Notes: a model not told the origin generated them from the letters alone. Positions 13,421-25,600 are shown, numbered from the stretch's first letter. The stretch is 64,000 bases of DNA from the human T2T-CHM13v2.0 reference genome, Homo sapiens (GCF_009914755.1 NC_060930.1), one strand, 5' to 3'. Numbers and translations: made by a program.

Positions 13421-14190
13421 AACCTTTGTGGCCAGGCACGGTGGCATATGCCTGTAATCCTAGGACTTTGGCATGCCAAGGCAGGCATCTTGAGTCCAGG
13501 AGTTCGAGAACAGCGTGGGCAACATAGCAAAACCCCATCTCTACAGAAAGTACAAAATTAGCTGGGCATGGTGGTGCGTGCCAGTACTCCTAGCTACTCA
13601 AGAGGCTGAGGTAGGAGGATCTGCCTGAGCCCAGGAGGCTGAGGCTGCAGTGAGCCATAACTGCACCACTGCATTCCAGCCTGGGCGACAGTCAGACCCT
13701 GTCTCAAAAAACAAACGACAAACCAAAAATCCCACCTTTGCCTCATCTAAATATAAACTTATGAATTTATTAGAAGGATACATGGGATTCAAGATCAAAA
13801 ACATAAAACAGAGCACCAGTAACAAACTCGAGTGGCCCCAGTGATTCCCCTCCTCACTCGTTCTTTCAACATTTATTCTCTCTCAGAATCTCTTCATTCT
13901 TTCCTTACTTCCTCACCTAGATTTTTCTGCTATGTCATACACATGACAGAAAACAGTCACTCCAGCCCAGTTCCTACATGAGCTCACAGCAATAGCGCCG
14001 CCAACTAACTGACTCAGTCTCTCCATGTTCTAAGTTCTTGGAAGCAAGAATTCAATCGGTCTAGTTTGAGTCAGGGACCTATCTCTGGGCTGCCTGGCTC
14101 ACTGTCCACTCAAAAGAGGCCATGGAAACACATTCTATGAAAGGTGAAAGCAAGCAGCTGCTCCAAAAAGAGAGGTGTGGGGTGCTAAGT
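13345..14190 (-). mobile_element. Very old MaLR LTR (MLT1K/L-like) split by an AluJ and a (CAAAA)n run
   Basis: ctttgggttacgaatggcaaaaaac ... gaatttattagaaggata ... gaattcaatcggtctagtttgagtcagg resemble antisense MLT1K/L. Confidence 0.4.
13430..13728 (+). mobile_element. AluJ
   Basis: ggccaggcacggtggc...gaggctgaggtaggaggatctgcctgagcccagg...gaccctgtctcaaaaa. Partial TSD acctttg on both sides. Confidence 0.9.
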
Positions 14191-14259
14191 CTATAATTGC
14201 AGAGAAAATGATTGATTGGCATCTTTAATGCATTTGTATTCATCTCAGCAAAACGGTAC

Positions 14260-14510
14260 CTGTTTGAGATTCTGCCATTTTGCAAAGAAATACGGTTATA
14301 TCCTCATGTGCAATTTTTATCCAAACTAACCTACCAGAAGATTTAGAGAAAAATCAACTAAATGTTTATTCAAAAACCAAATATTCCAAATTGAGTGAAG
14401 TAAAAGTATGTTGCTTCCATTTTGGTCAGTTTATCCGTGTGAAACGGAATAACTATAAAACACCAAAATACTTTCGTCATTTGATCTCTACTTCCGTTGT
14501 CATTACTCAA
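14260..14510 (-). promoter_or_regulatory. Candidate TATA-less promoter and first exon (ETS, MYB, CRE half-site, two YY1-like motifs, two splice donors)
   Basis: ACTTCCG 14490-14496; CCGTTG 14494-14499; CGTCA 14475-14479; minus-strand CAAAATGG near 14417-14424 and 14275-14282; donors TAG|GTTAGT (exon end 14331) and CAG|GTACCG (exon end 14260). CpGs are retained in AT-rich unique DNA. Confidence 0.3.
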
Positions 14511-15035
14511 GACAGTTCAAGTCAATATATTCACAACAAGAAAAAAAGTACACAAAATCAAAACACAATCTCATTTATCTGCATTTTAAATGAAACTAGA
14601 GAGATGGGGTTATAAATACTAATTTGCCATTCTATTTTCTTTGAAAGAAATGCCTTTATTCTATAATCATATCCATTTTACATTTTTGCATTATTAATAA
14701 AACGGATATGGCATCAGTTTTTTTCTTTTTAACATTACTGTTTGGCAAGTTAAAAGGCTGAAGTATTAAATATGCACTGCAAATATTATTTTTGTTTACT
14801 TGTTAGTGAAGGAAAAAATAAAACCACTATTCATTTGTAGTAAAAGCACAGGTATAATAAGAAACTTAACACATTAAAAACAGCAAATAGATAGGAAAGA
14901 GGCAATAGCAGAGAAGAGGTCAAGAAGGCAAAGCAAAACTTGAAGTTAAGACAACTAGATATATTTCATGGCTCTGAGTTTCGTAAATGCCTAGTCAGGA
15001 GAAATTCAACCCTTTTCTCATTCTCATTTTCACAT

Positions 15036-15500
15036 ATGGTGGCTGCTGAATAAAAGCCTCCAAAGATGCCCATCCCTTAACTCTGGTTACCTGTGAACAT
15101 GTTAGCTTGCATGGCAAAAGGGACTTTGCAGTAATGATTCAAGTTAAGGATCTTGGGATGGGGATTGTCCGGGGGAACCTGATCTAATCATGTGAGTCTT
15201 TGAAATTGTGGGGAACATTCCTCAACTGCAGAGAGCCTGAGTGATGGCAGCCTCAGGATTCCACACGTTGTTGCTGGTTCTACAACGTAGGGAGCTACAT
15301 GCAAGGACAAGAACGAAGGCCAAGAAATCGGAAAAGGAATGGAAATGGATTCTCCCCTAGCATCTCCAGAAATAACACAACCTTGCTGACACCTTGCTTT
15401 TAGGACTTCTGATTTCCAGACTGTCAGATAACAAATTTTTCTTGTTTTCAGCCGCTAAATTGGCAGTAATTAATTGCAGCAGCAATAGAAAACTAACACA
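15036..15500 (+). mobile_element. MaLR solo LTR, MLT1C/D-like
   Basis: ccaaagatgcccatccc...acctgtgaacatgttagcttgcatggcaaaagggactttgcag...gcagcaatagaaaactaacaca. Confidence 0.8.
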
Positions 15501-16442
15501 GATCTGAAGATGCAAGACTGTTTATGGAAAGGAAAAAAAAGTGTCCTTGCTCCTGAGCTTAGAAAGATAACTTTACTCCTAGAAGCTTTATAAAAGGTTA
15601 ATTAAGCAAGCTAATGAACCATGATCCCAATTGCAATTTTTCAAAACAAAACAAGACAAAATAAAAAGCCAAAGAAAATTGCAGAGGCATTCTTCATATG
15701 GCTGTCCTGTTTATTTTTATTCATTAATTTTATTACGTTTAAGATTCTATCTTATTATCTTATTTTTAGTAATAATTTTAAAGTGAAAAATGACCCACAG
15801 TAGGAAGTCAGAGGGATGGGGTTCATAGATGAAACCTGGAGAACTTTAAGGAACAAACAAACAGTTAACATAGCCCCAGCTAAAAAAAATCCTTAGATAT
15901 TAAAATGACATTCATCTCTTACAATAAAAATAATGATAGCATCCTACTGTCCTTTAGGATCATGATTTTGATACCTGAACGGTAGCTTTTTTGACATGAA
16001 TTCTCTGGAACATACACACTTAGAGAATGGCCTTAAAACAAGGTGTACCTCTGATTTGTAGTAGTCAGTGTATCATGAAGTATACAGTGAGTTGTTAAAA
16101 TATGGTAAATATTTTAAATAATAATTAAAGTCTTAATCCAAGAGACCATATTGACAGAACTACACACGTTCCTACATTTTAAACTTTTAGGTACAGGCAG
16201 TTCTCACTTGGCTGAGCAGAGTGATGCTGTAAATATGACTGTGCAGGGCAAAACTATGCAATATGATCATATTTATCAGTGGGGAAAAGTACAATTGTCA
16301 TGTGACCTTAAAAAATTTTGCCAACACGTTAAAAACCTTATTGTCAGTTATAAATGTATAGAGGAATGAAAAATAGTAAAACCAATATTTATGTAGTACA
16401 CTGTCATTTCAAACGCTAGATACATTGAAAATTACTGCTTTA

Positions 16443-17162
16443 GGCTGGGCCCAGTGGCTCATGCCTGTAATCCCAACACTTTGGGAGGGCGAGGAGGGAG
16501 ACTTGCTGGAACCCAGTAGTTAGAGATCGGCCTATGCAAGATGACAAGACTCCATCTCGAAAGGAAGGAGGGAAGCTGGGAGGGAGAGAAGGAAGGAGGG
16601 AAAGAGGGAAGGGAGGGAGGGAGGGAAGAGAGGGAGAAAGGAAGGGAGGGAAGGAAAAAGGAAAAGGAAAGAAAAGAGAGTGGGAGAGAGGGAGGGAGGG
16701 AAAGAAGGGAGGGAGTGAAGGAAGAATAAAAGGAAAAGGAAAGGAAAGGAGTGAGGGAAGCAAAAAGGAAAAGGAAAAGGGAAATGAAAGAAAGAGAGGA
16801 AGGAAGGAAGGGGAAAGGAAAGGAAGGAGTGAGGGAAGAGAAAAGGAAAGGGGAAAGGAAAGAAAGAGGAAGGAAGGGAGGAAGGGAGGGGAAAGGAAAG
16901 GAGGAAAGGAGTGAGGGAAGAAAAAAGGAAAAGGAAAAGGAAGAAAGGAAGCAAGAAAGAAAGAAGGAAAGAAGGGAAGAGAGGAAGGGAGGGAGGGAGG
17001 AAGGAAGGAAGGAAGGAAGAAAAAGTTAGCTGCGCACTGTGGTGCATGCTTGTAATCCCAGCTCCCTTGAGTCCAGGAGTTTGAGGCAGCAGTGAACTAT
17101 GATCATGCCACTGCCTTCTAGCCTGGGTGATGAAGCGAGACCTTTTCTCTGAGGAAAAAAAA
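16443..17162 (+). mobile_element. Single AluJ with a massively expanded central linker and a perfect 16-bp TSD
   Basis: Left monomer 16443-16558, right monomer about 17025-17150. TSD gaaaattactgcttta at 16427-16442 and 17163-17178. Confidence 0.9.
16559..17024. repeat. Polypurine (GGAA/GGGA/GAAAA) tract with an ~80-bp higher-order unit
   Basis: Almost entirely A/G. ggagtgagggaag recurs near 16748, 16826 and 16908. Confidence 0.95.
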
Positions 17163-19269
17163 GAAAATTACTGCTTTAGTTCTTTGTAAAATGCTGATCT
17201 AGAGTCATTTCCACAATGCTTGCCTTCTAATAGCATAAATTACAGTAAGCAGTGAGCATCTTTTCTACATTTTAGTAGATTGCAGTTTTCCTTTGCTAAG
17301 TTTCTATTAGCTGTAAACATTGTATCATTTAGTTTCCAATGACATAAAATATCTCTGAGATTTTCTTTTGTGTGAAATTTTGTGTTAGCGTCACTTGATC
17401 TGGGACATCTTTATCCTTTTGATTACAATTGCTTTCCTCATTAATGTCAGTAAGTTTGCCTTTGCAGTGATTCTCTGTTTGTATATCTAGAGTCCAGGCA
17501 GCTTATGCAGAGTGTAAAATCTAGGGCAGCAGGGTCAGCATCCCTAGATCAGCTATTTCTTCTACAATTCCATGTATGTTCAATCCAGATTTCACTTCCA
17601 GTGTTAGCATGTTTTGTGTCTTTGCTGCATTTCCATCTTTGATGGCCAGTTCCCAACTTGGAGTATCTATTTTTTTGCAGTCATGTGGTGTTAGCACGGA
17701 GATGAGAAAGAGAGAAAGACAACATCATGCTTTGCTGTCTGTGTGTGAACTGAGTAACAGCTGTGAAGGATCAGTCACCAAAAGACTTTGAAAGAAGAGG
17801 CTTGATTGGTCACGGTAATGATGCTCCCCTGGTATGTAGTGATGTGTGAGCTGATAGGCTAGCAGCAAAGTTTGCAATTTATGCAATTACTTACAGTTAA
17901 TATGCTATGGTACCTGAAACTTGAACATATCATTGGGAATTGGCATTATTTAACTAAACCAGGATAACTGAAATCTGTGCATATCACAACTGGGAAAAGC
18001 AAGAACTGTCTGTATTGTGATCTTAATGCACAAGCAGTTTGAATAGTGAAAATTGCCAGTTTTAAAGAGAAAGAGAGAGACAGGAGAGAAAGGGGGATAT
18101 TTGTTAAAAACAAGCAAAATTCAATTTTTTAGAAACACATTAAAGGAATTGAAAATGTTATTGAATACATTTAATATAGATAATTCCATGCAATATGAGA
18201 TTAAGAAGTAGGCAGATAACATAAAAAGAAATATTCTACTTATCTTCAACTTAAGTGACAAAAAGGGGTCCTTAAAAGAAATCAATACAGAAGGCCAGAG
18301 AGACAGGGACTGGGGAAAAAGCCAGCCAACAGATGCACACAGGACATAAAGGCAGTTTTATAAAAGCAAAACATGCTAGAATTTTTTCCCATAAAGCCCT
18401 TGAATAATGATAAATGTGAGTGCTATGTATGTATATTTGGAAAACCAACTGTGCCTTCTGCTTTAGTTGCCTTTTTTGCACCAATAATTTCTTAAACAAT
18501 ATTCTATTTCTACAGCATAACTCTGTCACCGTAGTGTAGCCAAGCTTTTCTTTGACAAATCAAGTACTAAATAATTCATTGCTGCTCTGAGGGGAAAAAT
18601 ATTCTCAGCATACTGCTACGGAAAGTTTCCCTTCCTCAAAAACAGGACAGTTTAACATGGATCTGCAGAAGCATGTCCTCTTCGTGTGCAGGTGTCTTTC
18701 AGATGAATCGGGACTGGGTGCACACCTTAGGAAGGGGCTGGACTCACTGGTCAGCTGGCTGTTCATCTTATTAAAATACTTTGCTGTCATTATTATTTAT
18801 CTGAAGTGAATGGCATTCTATTAATGCCATTAGGCATTAATTAGTTGGGCATAAAATATATTCTTTTACTAAAGAAAAATATAATGATTTAATCTAAATA
18901 ATAACTGTAGTGGTTTTTTGGGTTTATTTTATGCATTTTTTATATTTATATATTTTGTGCATTTCCAATCCCTTTATTTCAGATAGTTTTTATAAAAAGA
19001 TGGGAGAAGCCAGGATAGTAGGCAGAGAGCAGGTGTAGCAGGTGTGCTTGAACAACAACAAAATAATGTTGAGATAGAATGGTCTGATGGTTATTTCCAA
19101 GAATTAAAATATATTAGGTGTATAGATATTTATTAGTAGTATAGCTATCATGAAAATAAATCATTGCTGAGGATACAAAAAAGTCAAGACCAATTTATTT
19201 TTAATTAATTATGTATTTTTCAAAATTCAAAGAATAAAATCTGATTTTATTTTAAAAGACATTCCTCAT

Positions 19270-19365
19270 AAATTTTTTTAATCAACATATATTTGTATTA
19301 TATATATTTATGGGTACAGTTTGATGTTTTGATATGTGTATACATTGTATAATGATTAAATCAGA
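19270..19365 (-). mobile_element. L1MA/MB 3' terminal fragment
   Basis: ttgtattatatatatttatgggtacagtttgatgttttgatatgtgtatacattgtataatgattaaatca. Confidence 0.6.
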
Positions 19366-20254
19366 AATATCAGTTAGCTGGCTAGATAAATGCATATCTC
19401 TTCCTCTCCCATGTACCAGGTACAAAACAAGTTGAAGAAATAATATATACAAACATAACATATTTGTCTTGCATATTTATCTTGCATATCTCTAGGGGTC
19501 TTGAAGAGCTTGCAGAATTCATACCATTAATTCTTACTATATCCCTGTGAGATAGAAAGCAAGCAGATATTATTAGACAATAACATAACTAATGTGCACA
19601 CATGGAAGCAGGAAGGCTGGCAAGTTTTGAGAGGAGGCCTAGATCAGCTGGTTTTCTGGTTTTCTGCCTTTGGGGGCAGGAGAATGGCTGCAAGGAAACT
19701 GTGCTTGCTCCATAATATACCAGGCCCTTCCTAGCACTGGGAGTCTTTTTTGCCTCTAGTCCTTTAATAACTAAATTTATCTAAGTAACTCCCTAAACTG
19801 AATACAAAGATGAATCTTTAAGCAAGTGAACTTTTTGGCTCACTTTTTCTTACTTCTTATTAGCGGATTGTCCTATAGTTTGAGTCCCTTTGTTTATAGC
19901 TTATTTACCAAGTCAAAACTGTTAACCAACTGGTACAACTCCAGCTGTATCCCCACAGGCTACAGAGAAATCCAGACCCTCCTCATTTTGTCTCCAATGT
20001 AACTGCAAATCCATAAAAGTTGTCCTTCTCATGTTGATTCCTTGGAAAGTCAAGTCCTTTAGAAATTCTAATGAAGAACTAGGTATTTACACTGCTGCTT
20101 CCTTACCACAGGCCATGGAAGTTTAATTGGGAGAAAAGAACATCTGCTTATACGAAAACATATTATATTCAGCCATCCCTGCCCTGACTTTGGCCTTTAA
20201 AAACAGTGGCATTAATTATCTCAACAAATGAATCTTCGGGATAAAAATAATCTA

Positions 20255-20478
20255 AATATTATTTTACGCTTACTACATATTTGCAACGTGCTAAGCTCTT
20301 TATGGTTGCTACCACAAAAAACATTTATAATATGAGGTGGGTATTTTTATTATATACATTTTCAGTTTAAAGACAGTAACTTCAGAATGTAACTTGTCCT
20401 AGTCACACAAAAGCAGGTGTGGACTAAAACTCAAACCCATGATTCTTTCACTTTAAATGATATGGTTCTGAACCATTA
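20255..20478 (-). mobile_element. MIR
   Basis: gtgctaagctctttat...tatgaggtgggtatttttattat...cattttcag...aacttgtcctagtcacaca...actcaaaccca. Confidence 0.6.
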
Positions 20479-21984
20479 AATTCGAATGCTACTAAGAATG
20501 GTGAATGCTAAGCAATGTTAAGCTACACATTGTTATTATTAACAAATAATTTCAAAAGGGCAGGAGAGGTAGGTTAAAAATTAAAGGGTTAAGCTGGAAT
20601 AACATGTCAAATTTCTCAGAGTTTTTTATTTTCATGAAAAAATATATTTTATATTGCAACAGAATGAACTTGACTTAACAGTTTAGGTAGCTGATTGCAT
20701 ATATTTTGATAGTCCTATCATATTTCCAACAAATACATTTTCTCCCCACCCCACCTGCAACTGGAGACTTCACAAGGTTAGGAACAGGCTTCACTTCATT
20801 GTGATGTGTGTAAGGTGACAGAGGACATATAACGAATACGTGGAAGAACTAGGAATTTGACCTTAGCTTCCAGACATTTTGAGGAGGATACACTATGTCC
20901 ATCTTGCTTTCCTATCAAGAAAAGTATACCCAGTTTGTGCAGTAGCCCTGTACCAACAGATACATTACAGCAGGTACTGCTTTCCTCTTTTTTTTTTTTT
21001 TTTTTACTGCTGCAGTTGAAGCTTTAGGTAAAATGTGAGAATAATATTATGGCTACGTCAGGAAAATAATAATGTATTTGATATCAAGGTCTCACTCACC
21101 AGTTAAGTAGTGAATAGAATATAAGCCTGGTGAATTTTGACTGTGCCTTATAATTTATTTAAATATGCTTTCACTATTCTGGAATCCTTAGGGGATTATT
21201 TCCAGGATTACTGTTTTGCAAATATACAGGTAATGCTAGGGTCTTAAGAACTCTTCTTTTAGGGCTTTACACCAGTTTAATTTCATATAATAGTAATATG
21301 AATGATCACAGACCTGCGGGTTCCCGGCTTTGGGTGTACAGTATAATAAATCCAACCAAGGATGGGTAAAGTGGGCTGCAGGTGTTTGTCAAAATACTCA
21401 CAGCCATTATTAAAACACTGTGAGTTTAGCCAAAATAGAAAGATGTTTACCAATTTCCTTTTTACTCACATTTTTATATCCTTCTGAATTTTACTGAAAC
21501 ATAAGTGTATGCATTGCTGGTTCTTTTTTACTTAATTCATCACAATTACATTTATTTGATTATAATTTCTAAGAGCTCATTTTGTCTGGAGGAATAGCAA
21601 GTTATCTTATGCTTGAAAACCCAATTTTATGTATTCAAATAAACAATTTCATAGTGTTTCTTTTATAAGATTTTTTCTTTTATAAGATTTTTATATTGCA
21701 AGATTTCCTTTTTTTAAGGCTGAATACTATTCCATTGAATACATATACAATATTTTTTATCCTTTCATCCACCAATGAATATGTAGGTTGTTTCCGTATT
21801 TTGGCTATTGTGAATAGTGCTGCAATAAACATGGAAGTGCTGATATATCTTTGAGATCTTGACTTCAAACAAAAGAAGAAAATCTTGCAATATATGACAA
21901 CACGGATTAACCTGGAGGACATTGTGCTTAGTGAAGTTAGCCAGTCACAGACTGACAAGTACTGCACGATTCCACTTATGTAAG

Positions 21985-23110
21985 TTTTATTTTTTTAATT
22001 TTTTACTTCCATAGGTTTTGGGGAACAGGTGGTATTTAGTTAAATGAGTAAGTTCTTTAGTTGTGATTTGTGAGATTTTGGTGGACCTGTCTCCCAAGCA
22101 GTGTACAGCGAACCCAATTTGTATTTTCCTATCCCTCACCCTCCTCCCACCCTTTCCCTCCTGAGTCCCCAGGGTCCATTGTATCACTCTGCCTTTACAT
22201 CCTCATAGCTTAGCTCCCACTTAGGAGTGAGAACATATGATGTTTGGTTTTCTATTTCTGAGTTACTTCATTTTGAATTATAGTCTCCAGTTCCATCCAG
22301 GTTGCTGCTATGCCATTAATTCATTCTTTTTTATGGCTGAGTAGGATTGTATCATATATATACATATACAAATGTGTATATACACAAATATATGTATATA
22401 TATGTATATGTGTATATATACACAAATATATGTATGTATACACACATACGTGTGTGTATATATGTATGTGTACACACACATGTATGTGTATACACACACG
22501 TGCATATATGTATGTGTATATACACACGTGCATATATGTGTATATACACACGTGTATATATGTATGTGTATATGCACACCTATACATATATACACATATA
22601 TATGTATATGTATATGCACACCTATACATATATAAACACGTATATGTATATATGTATAGACACACACGTATGTATGTATATGTATATACACACACGTATG
22701 TATGTGTACACACATGTATCTATGTATATGTGTATATACACACATTGTATATATGTATATGTGTATATACACACGTGTATATATGTATGTGTATGTATAT
22801 ATACATACATATATGTATATCTTACAATTTCTTTATCCACTCGTTGATTGATGGGCGTTTTGGTTGGTTCCGCATTTTTGCAACTATGAATTGTGTTGCT
22901 ATAAACAAGAATGTGTGAGTACCTTTTTTGTATAATGACTTCTTTTCCTCTGGGTAGATAACCCGTAGTGGGATTGCTGGATCAAATAGTAGTTCTAATT
23001 TTAGTTCTTTAAGGAATCTCCACACTGTTTTCCATAGTGGTTGTACTAGTTTACATTCCCACCAGCAGTGTAGAAGTGTTCTGTTTTTACCACATCCATG
23101 CCAACATCTA
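21985..23110 (-). mobile_element. L1PB1-like 3' end
   Basis: ttccataggttttggggaacaggtggtatttagttaaatgagtaagttctttag...ctcatagcttagctcccac...ccacatccatgccaacatcta. Confidence 0.85.
22352..22820. repeat. ~470-bp (TA/CA/TG)n complex microsatellite inside L1PB
   Basis: Near-continuous purine-pyrimidine alternation. It explains the stacked Y/I/H/V/C/T ORFs at 22308-22918. Confidence 0.95.
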
Positions 23111-23814
23111 AGCTATCTAAAATAGTTAAATCAATGGAAGCAAAGAATAGAATTATATTTGTCATGGGCTGGGAGAATTGAGAAACTGGTAGTTACTAAT
23201 CAATGGGTATAAAATTTTAGTTGTAAAGATGAATAAGTTCTAGAGATCTGCTATACGATATTGTGCCTATAGATAACAGTACTCTATTGTACACTTAAAA
23301 ATCTGTTAAGAGAGTAGATCTCATTTTAAGTGTTCTTTCCTCACTAACATTTTTAAAAGATATTTATTATATTGTACTTCATGTGTTTCAAGTAAAACTC
23401 TATAATAGTTTATGCTCTACTTCCTATTTTCTGACACTATATGGTCCTTAGTAATATAAACTAATAAAAAAGCAAAAAAAAAAAAAAAACCCAAAAAACA
23501 AAAAATGAAGCAATAGTTTTAAGTCATAACAGCCCCGGCATATATAACAATCCTCTCAAGTATTCGACATAATTTTAGGAAACAATTTACTCATTACCTA
23601 AGTTTCTTAAAAATATTTTTATCAACACCTAATATTTACCAACCTGATGTGACAGACATTAGAGAGCCAATGATGAAGTAGAGCGGGTCATGAGGTCAAA
23701 CTAATCTACTAATTACTAATTAAGAATTGCTCATTACTAATGAGTAGGGGTACATAGAAGTAAATGATAATACATAATTGGTATTATAATATAGATAATT
23801 TTAAATTAATTCAA

Positions 23815-25600
23815 ATAATATTTACTGATCAGTTACTATATGTTCTTGTAAGACCCTGGAAATATAAAGATGAAAAATTATAGTCAGTTCAAGAAATTTA
23901 TGTTGATGAACAAATCATGGTAGATATTCGAAGGATTGAGTCGTCAATTACGCTTTGGATGGGATCAGGGAGGGATAACAGAGTTGTTGACAATTGTATC
24001 TTAAAAAGTAAAGAATAGCTTATCAGATGAAAGCAGGATTGGTAAATAAAAAGATTATTCTAGACCAACTAAATACTTTTAAAGGGATGAAGCTATAACA
24101 CAATTCGAGGTCTTTGAATGATTTTGTATGATTGGAACGAATAGAACAGGGTTGGCAGGAAATGAGGGTGGGACAGGGAATAACATAGATTCCTAATTGA
24201 CGAAGCTGTCAGGGACGTGCCAGATCTTTTTGTACGGCAAGCTAACAAATTTAGCATTTATTCTGTGATGACTAAAAGGCACTGAAAGAATAAAACAGCA
24301 GTGCATGATATTAAGATTTTTGTCAGGAATAAAGTGATAGCGGCAATATAGAGGGTGGATAGATAGAAGGACAAAAAAGACCAGATTCAATGACAGCCCT
24401 CAGTTACCTTTACAGTTTTCTAGACAAGAGATGATAAAAGCTCAAGTGAAAGTATCATGAGTAGAAAGAACAGTAAGAACTATTCAGTCATACAATTTGA
24501 GAGGAATTAAAAACCAATTAGATGTGGCATATGAAGAAAAAATTGTTAAGGCTAAATTATCTGGTTTAGGTTACTGCATTGATAGTAGTACTCATTTTAA
24601 AAGGACATGAAATTTCAAACATAAACAGGTTCCAGGGAAAATAAGAAATTCAATTTTTAAAATATTGGGTTTGGTGAAAAGTTAGATTTATAATTTAAAA
24701 CTCAAGACATTAGAGTTAGATCTAGGAGATATCAGCATTTATGTGGCAACCAAATCGCTGGAATAGGGATGACTTTCCAAGGGATCATATAAAAAAGAGC
24801 AACAGAGAACCAAGGGAACACATTAGGAAGCATTGTTACTTTAAGGAGCAGGTAAAAAGGAAAGAATACTGGTCATTAAGACAGAGGCAGAAACAGAGAG
24901 GCGTGTCATGAAAGCAAAGGAGTTATAAAATCCACATAAAGGTCAAGAGAAAGCAAAACTTCACAAAGACTACATACGGTAAGAACTGAAACACATTCAT
25001 TGATTTTAGCAATTAATTAAGAGATCACAGATCATCCATTTAGCAGCATTGGTGAGGATAGAAATCAGATAAAATGATGGGAGAAGTAGATGAGATTTAA
25101 ATGTGTGGACATAGCAAGGAGACTCCTAGGAGACTCTTGTCTATGAAGGAAGAAAGGGAGGCTGATACCAAGAGGAGAAATATAATTTAGAGAGTAAGAG
25201 TGGCTGTATCATGTCCAGGGTTTGAGAAAGAAGACAAAGAGGGAATGGATTCATATGCAGGAGAGATGAGATACCTGATGAGAAACCATCCGGGAGAAGC
25301 TGGAGTCGAATAGAATCCAGTATAGGTGGAAGGTTAAACCCTGAAGGGGTGAGGGAGAAGACCAAAATGAAATTTTGGTGCTCTCTTGATACTTAGGGCA
25401 AGAAAGTGAGGGAAGTCGTTCCTCAAGGCCTCTTTCTTCTCTGCGAAGGTGGTTTTTGGGTGGTTTCTGATGTTCATCTGGAGGGCCGTGAGGGAAGGGA
25501 AAGGCTTGATCACAATGGATAAGGTTTAGAACAGCTATAGGGAGAAAAGGCAGGACATTTAATCAAGAAAGAATTGGAGGCTTGGCTGAGATTTAATATA
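23815..25600 (-). mobile_element. Degenerate L2 (L2b/c-like) body
   Basis: Purine-rich antisense-L2 pattern, e.g. tttactgatcagttactatatg...ctggaaatataaagatgaa and agatctaggagatatcagcattt. Confidence 0.5.

Larger units (their letters stand above)
16194..18012 (-). mobile_element. Tigger6a-like TcMar DNA transposon, complete with both TIRs and TA TSDs, interrupted by an AluJ
   Basis: ta|caggcagttctcactt at the left end and aagcaagaactgtctg|ta at the right end. The interior matches recalled Tigger consensus on both sides of the Alu. Confidence 0.75.
21692..23358 (+). mobile_element. L1MA10/L1MB-like 3' fragment with a 5' inversion (21692-21868 antisense), split by an L1PB insertion
   Basis: The sense part aatcttgcaatatatgacaacacggattaacctggaggac...ccacttatgtaag resumes at about 23112 as ctatctaaaatagttaaa...ttctagagatctgc. 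The upstream block is the immediately preceding L1 sequence in reverse orientation. Confidence 0.75.

Noticed and set aside
16440-17047. Overlapping 62-171 aa ORFs rich in E/G/K/R or P/S/F/L
   Set aside because: They are translations of the purine tract, which lacks stop codons by composition.
22308-22918. Stack of ORFs up to 202 aa rich in Y/I/H/V/C/T
   Set aside because: Artefact of the (TA/CA/TG)n microsatellite.
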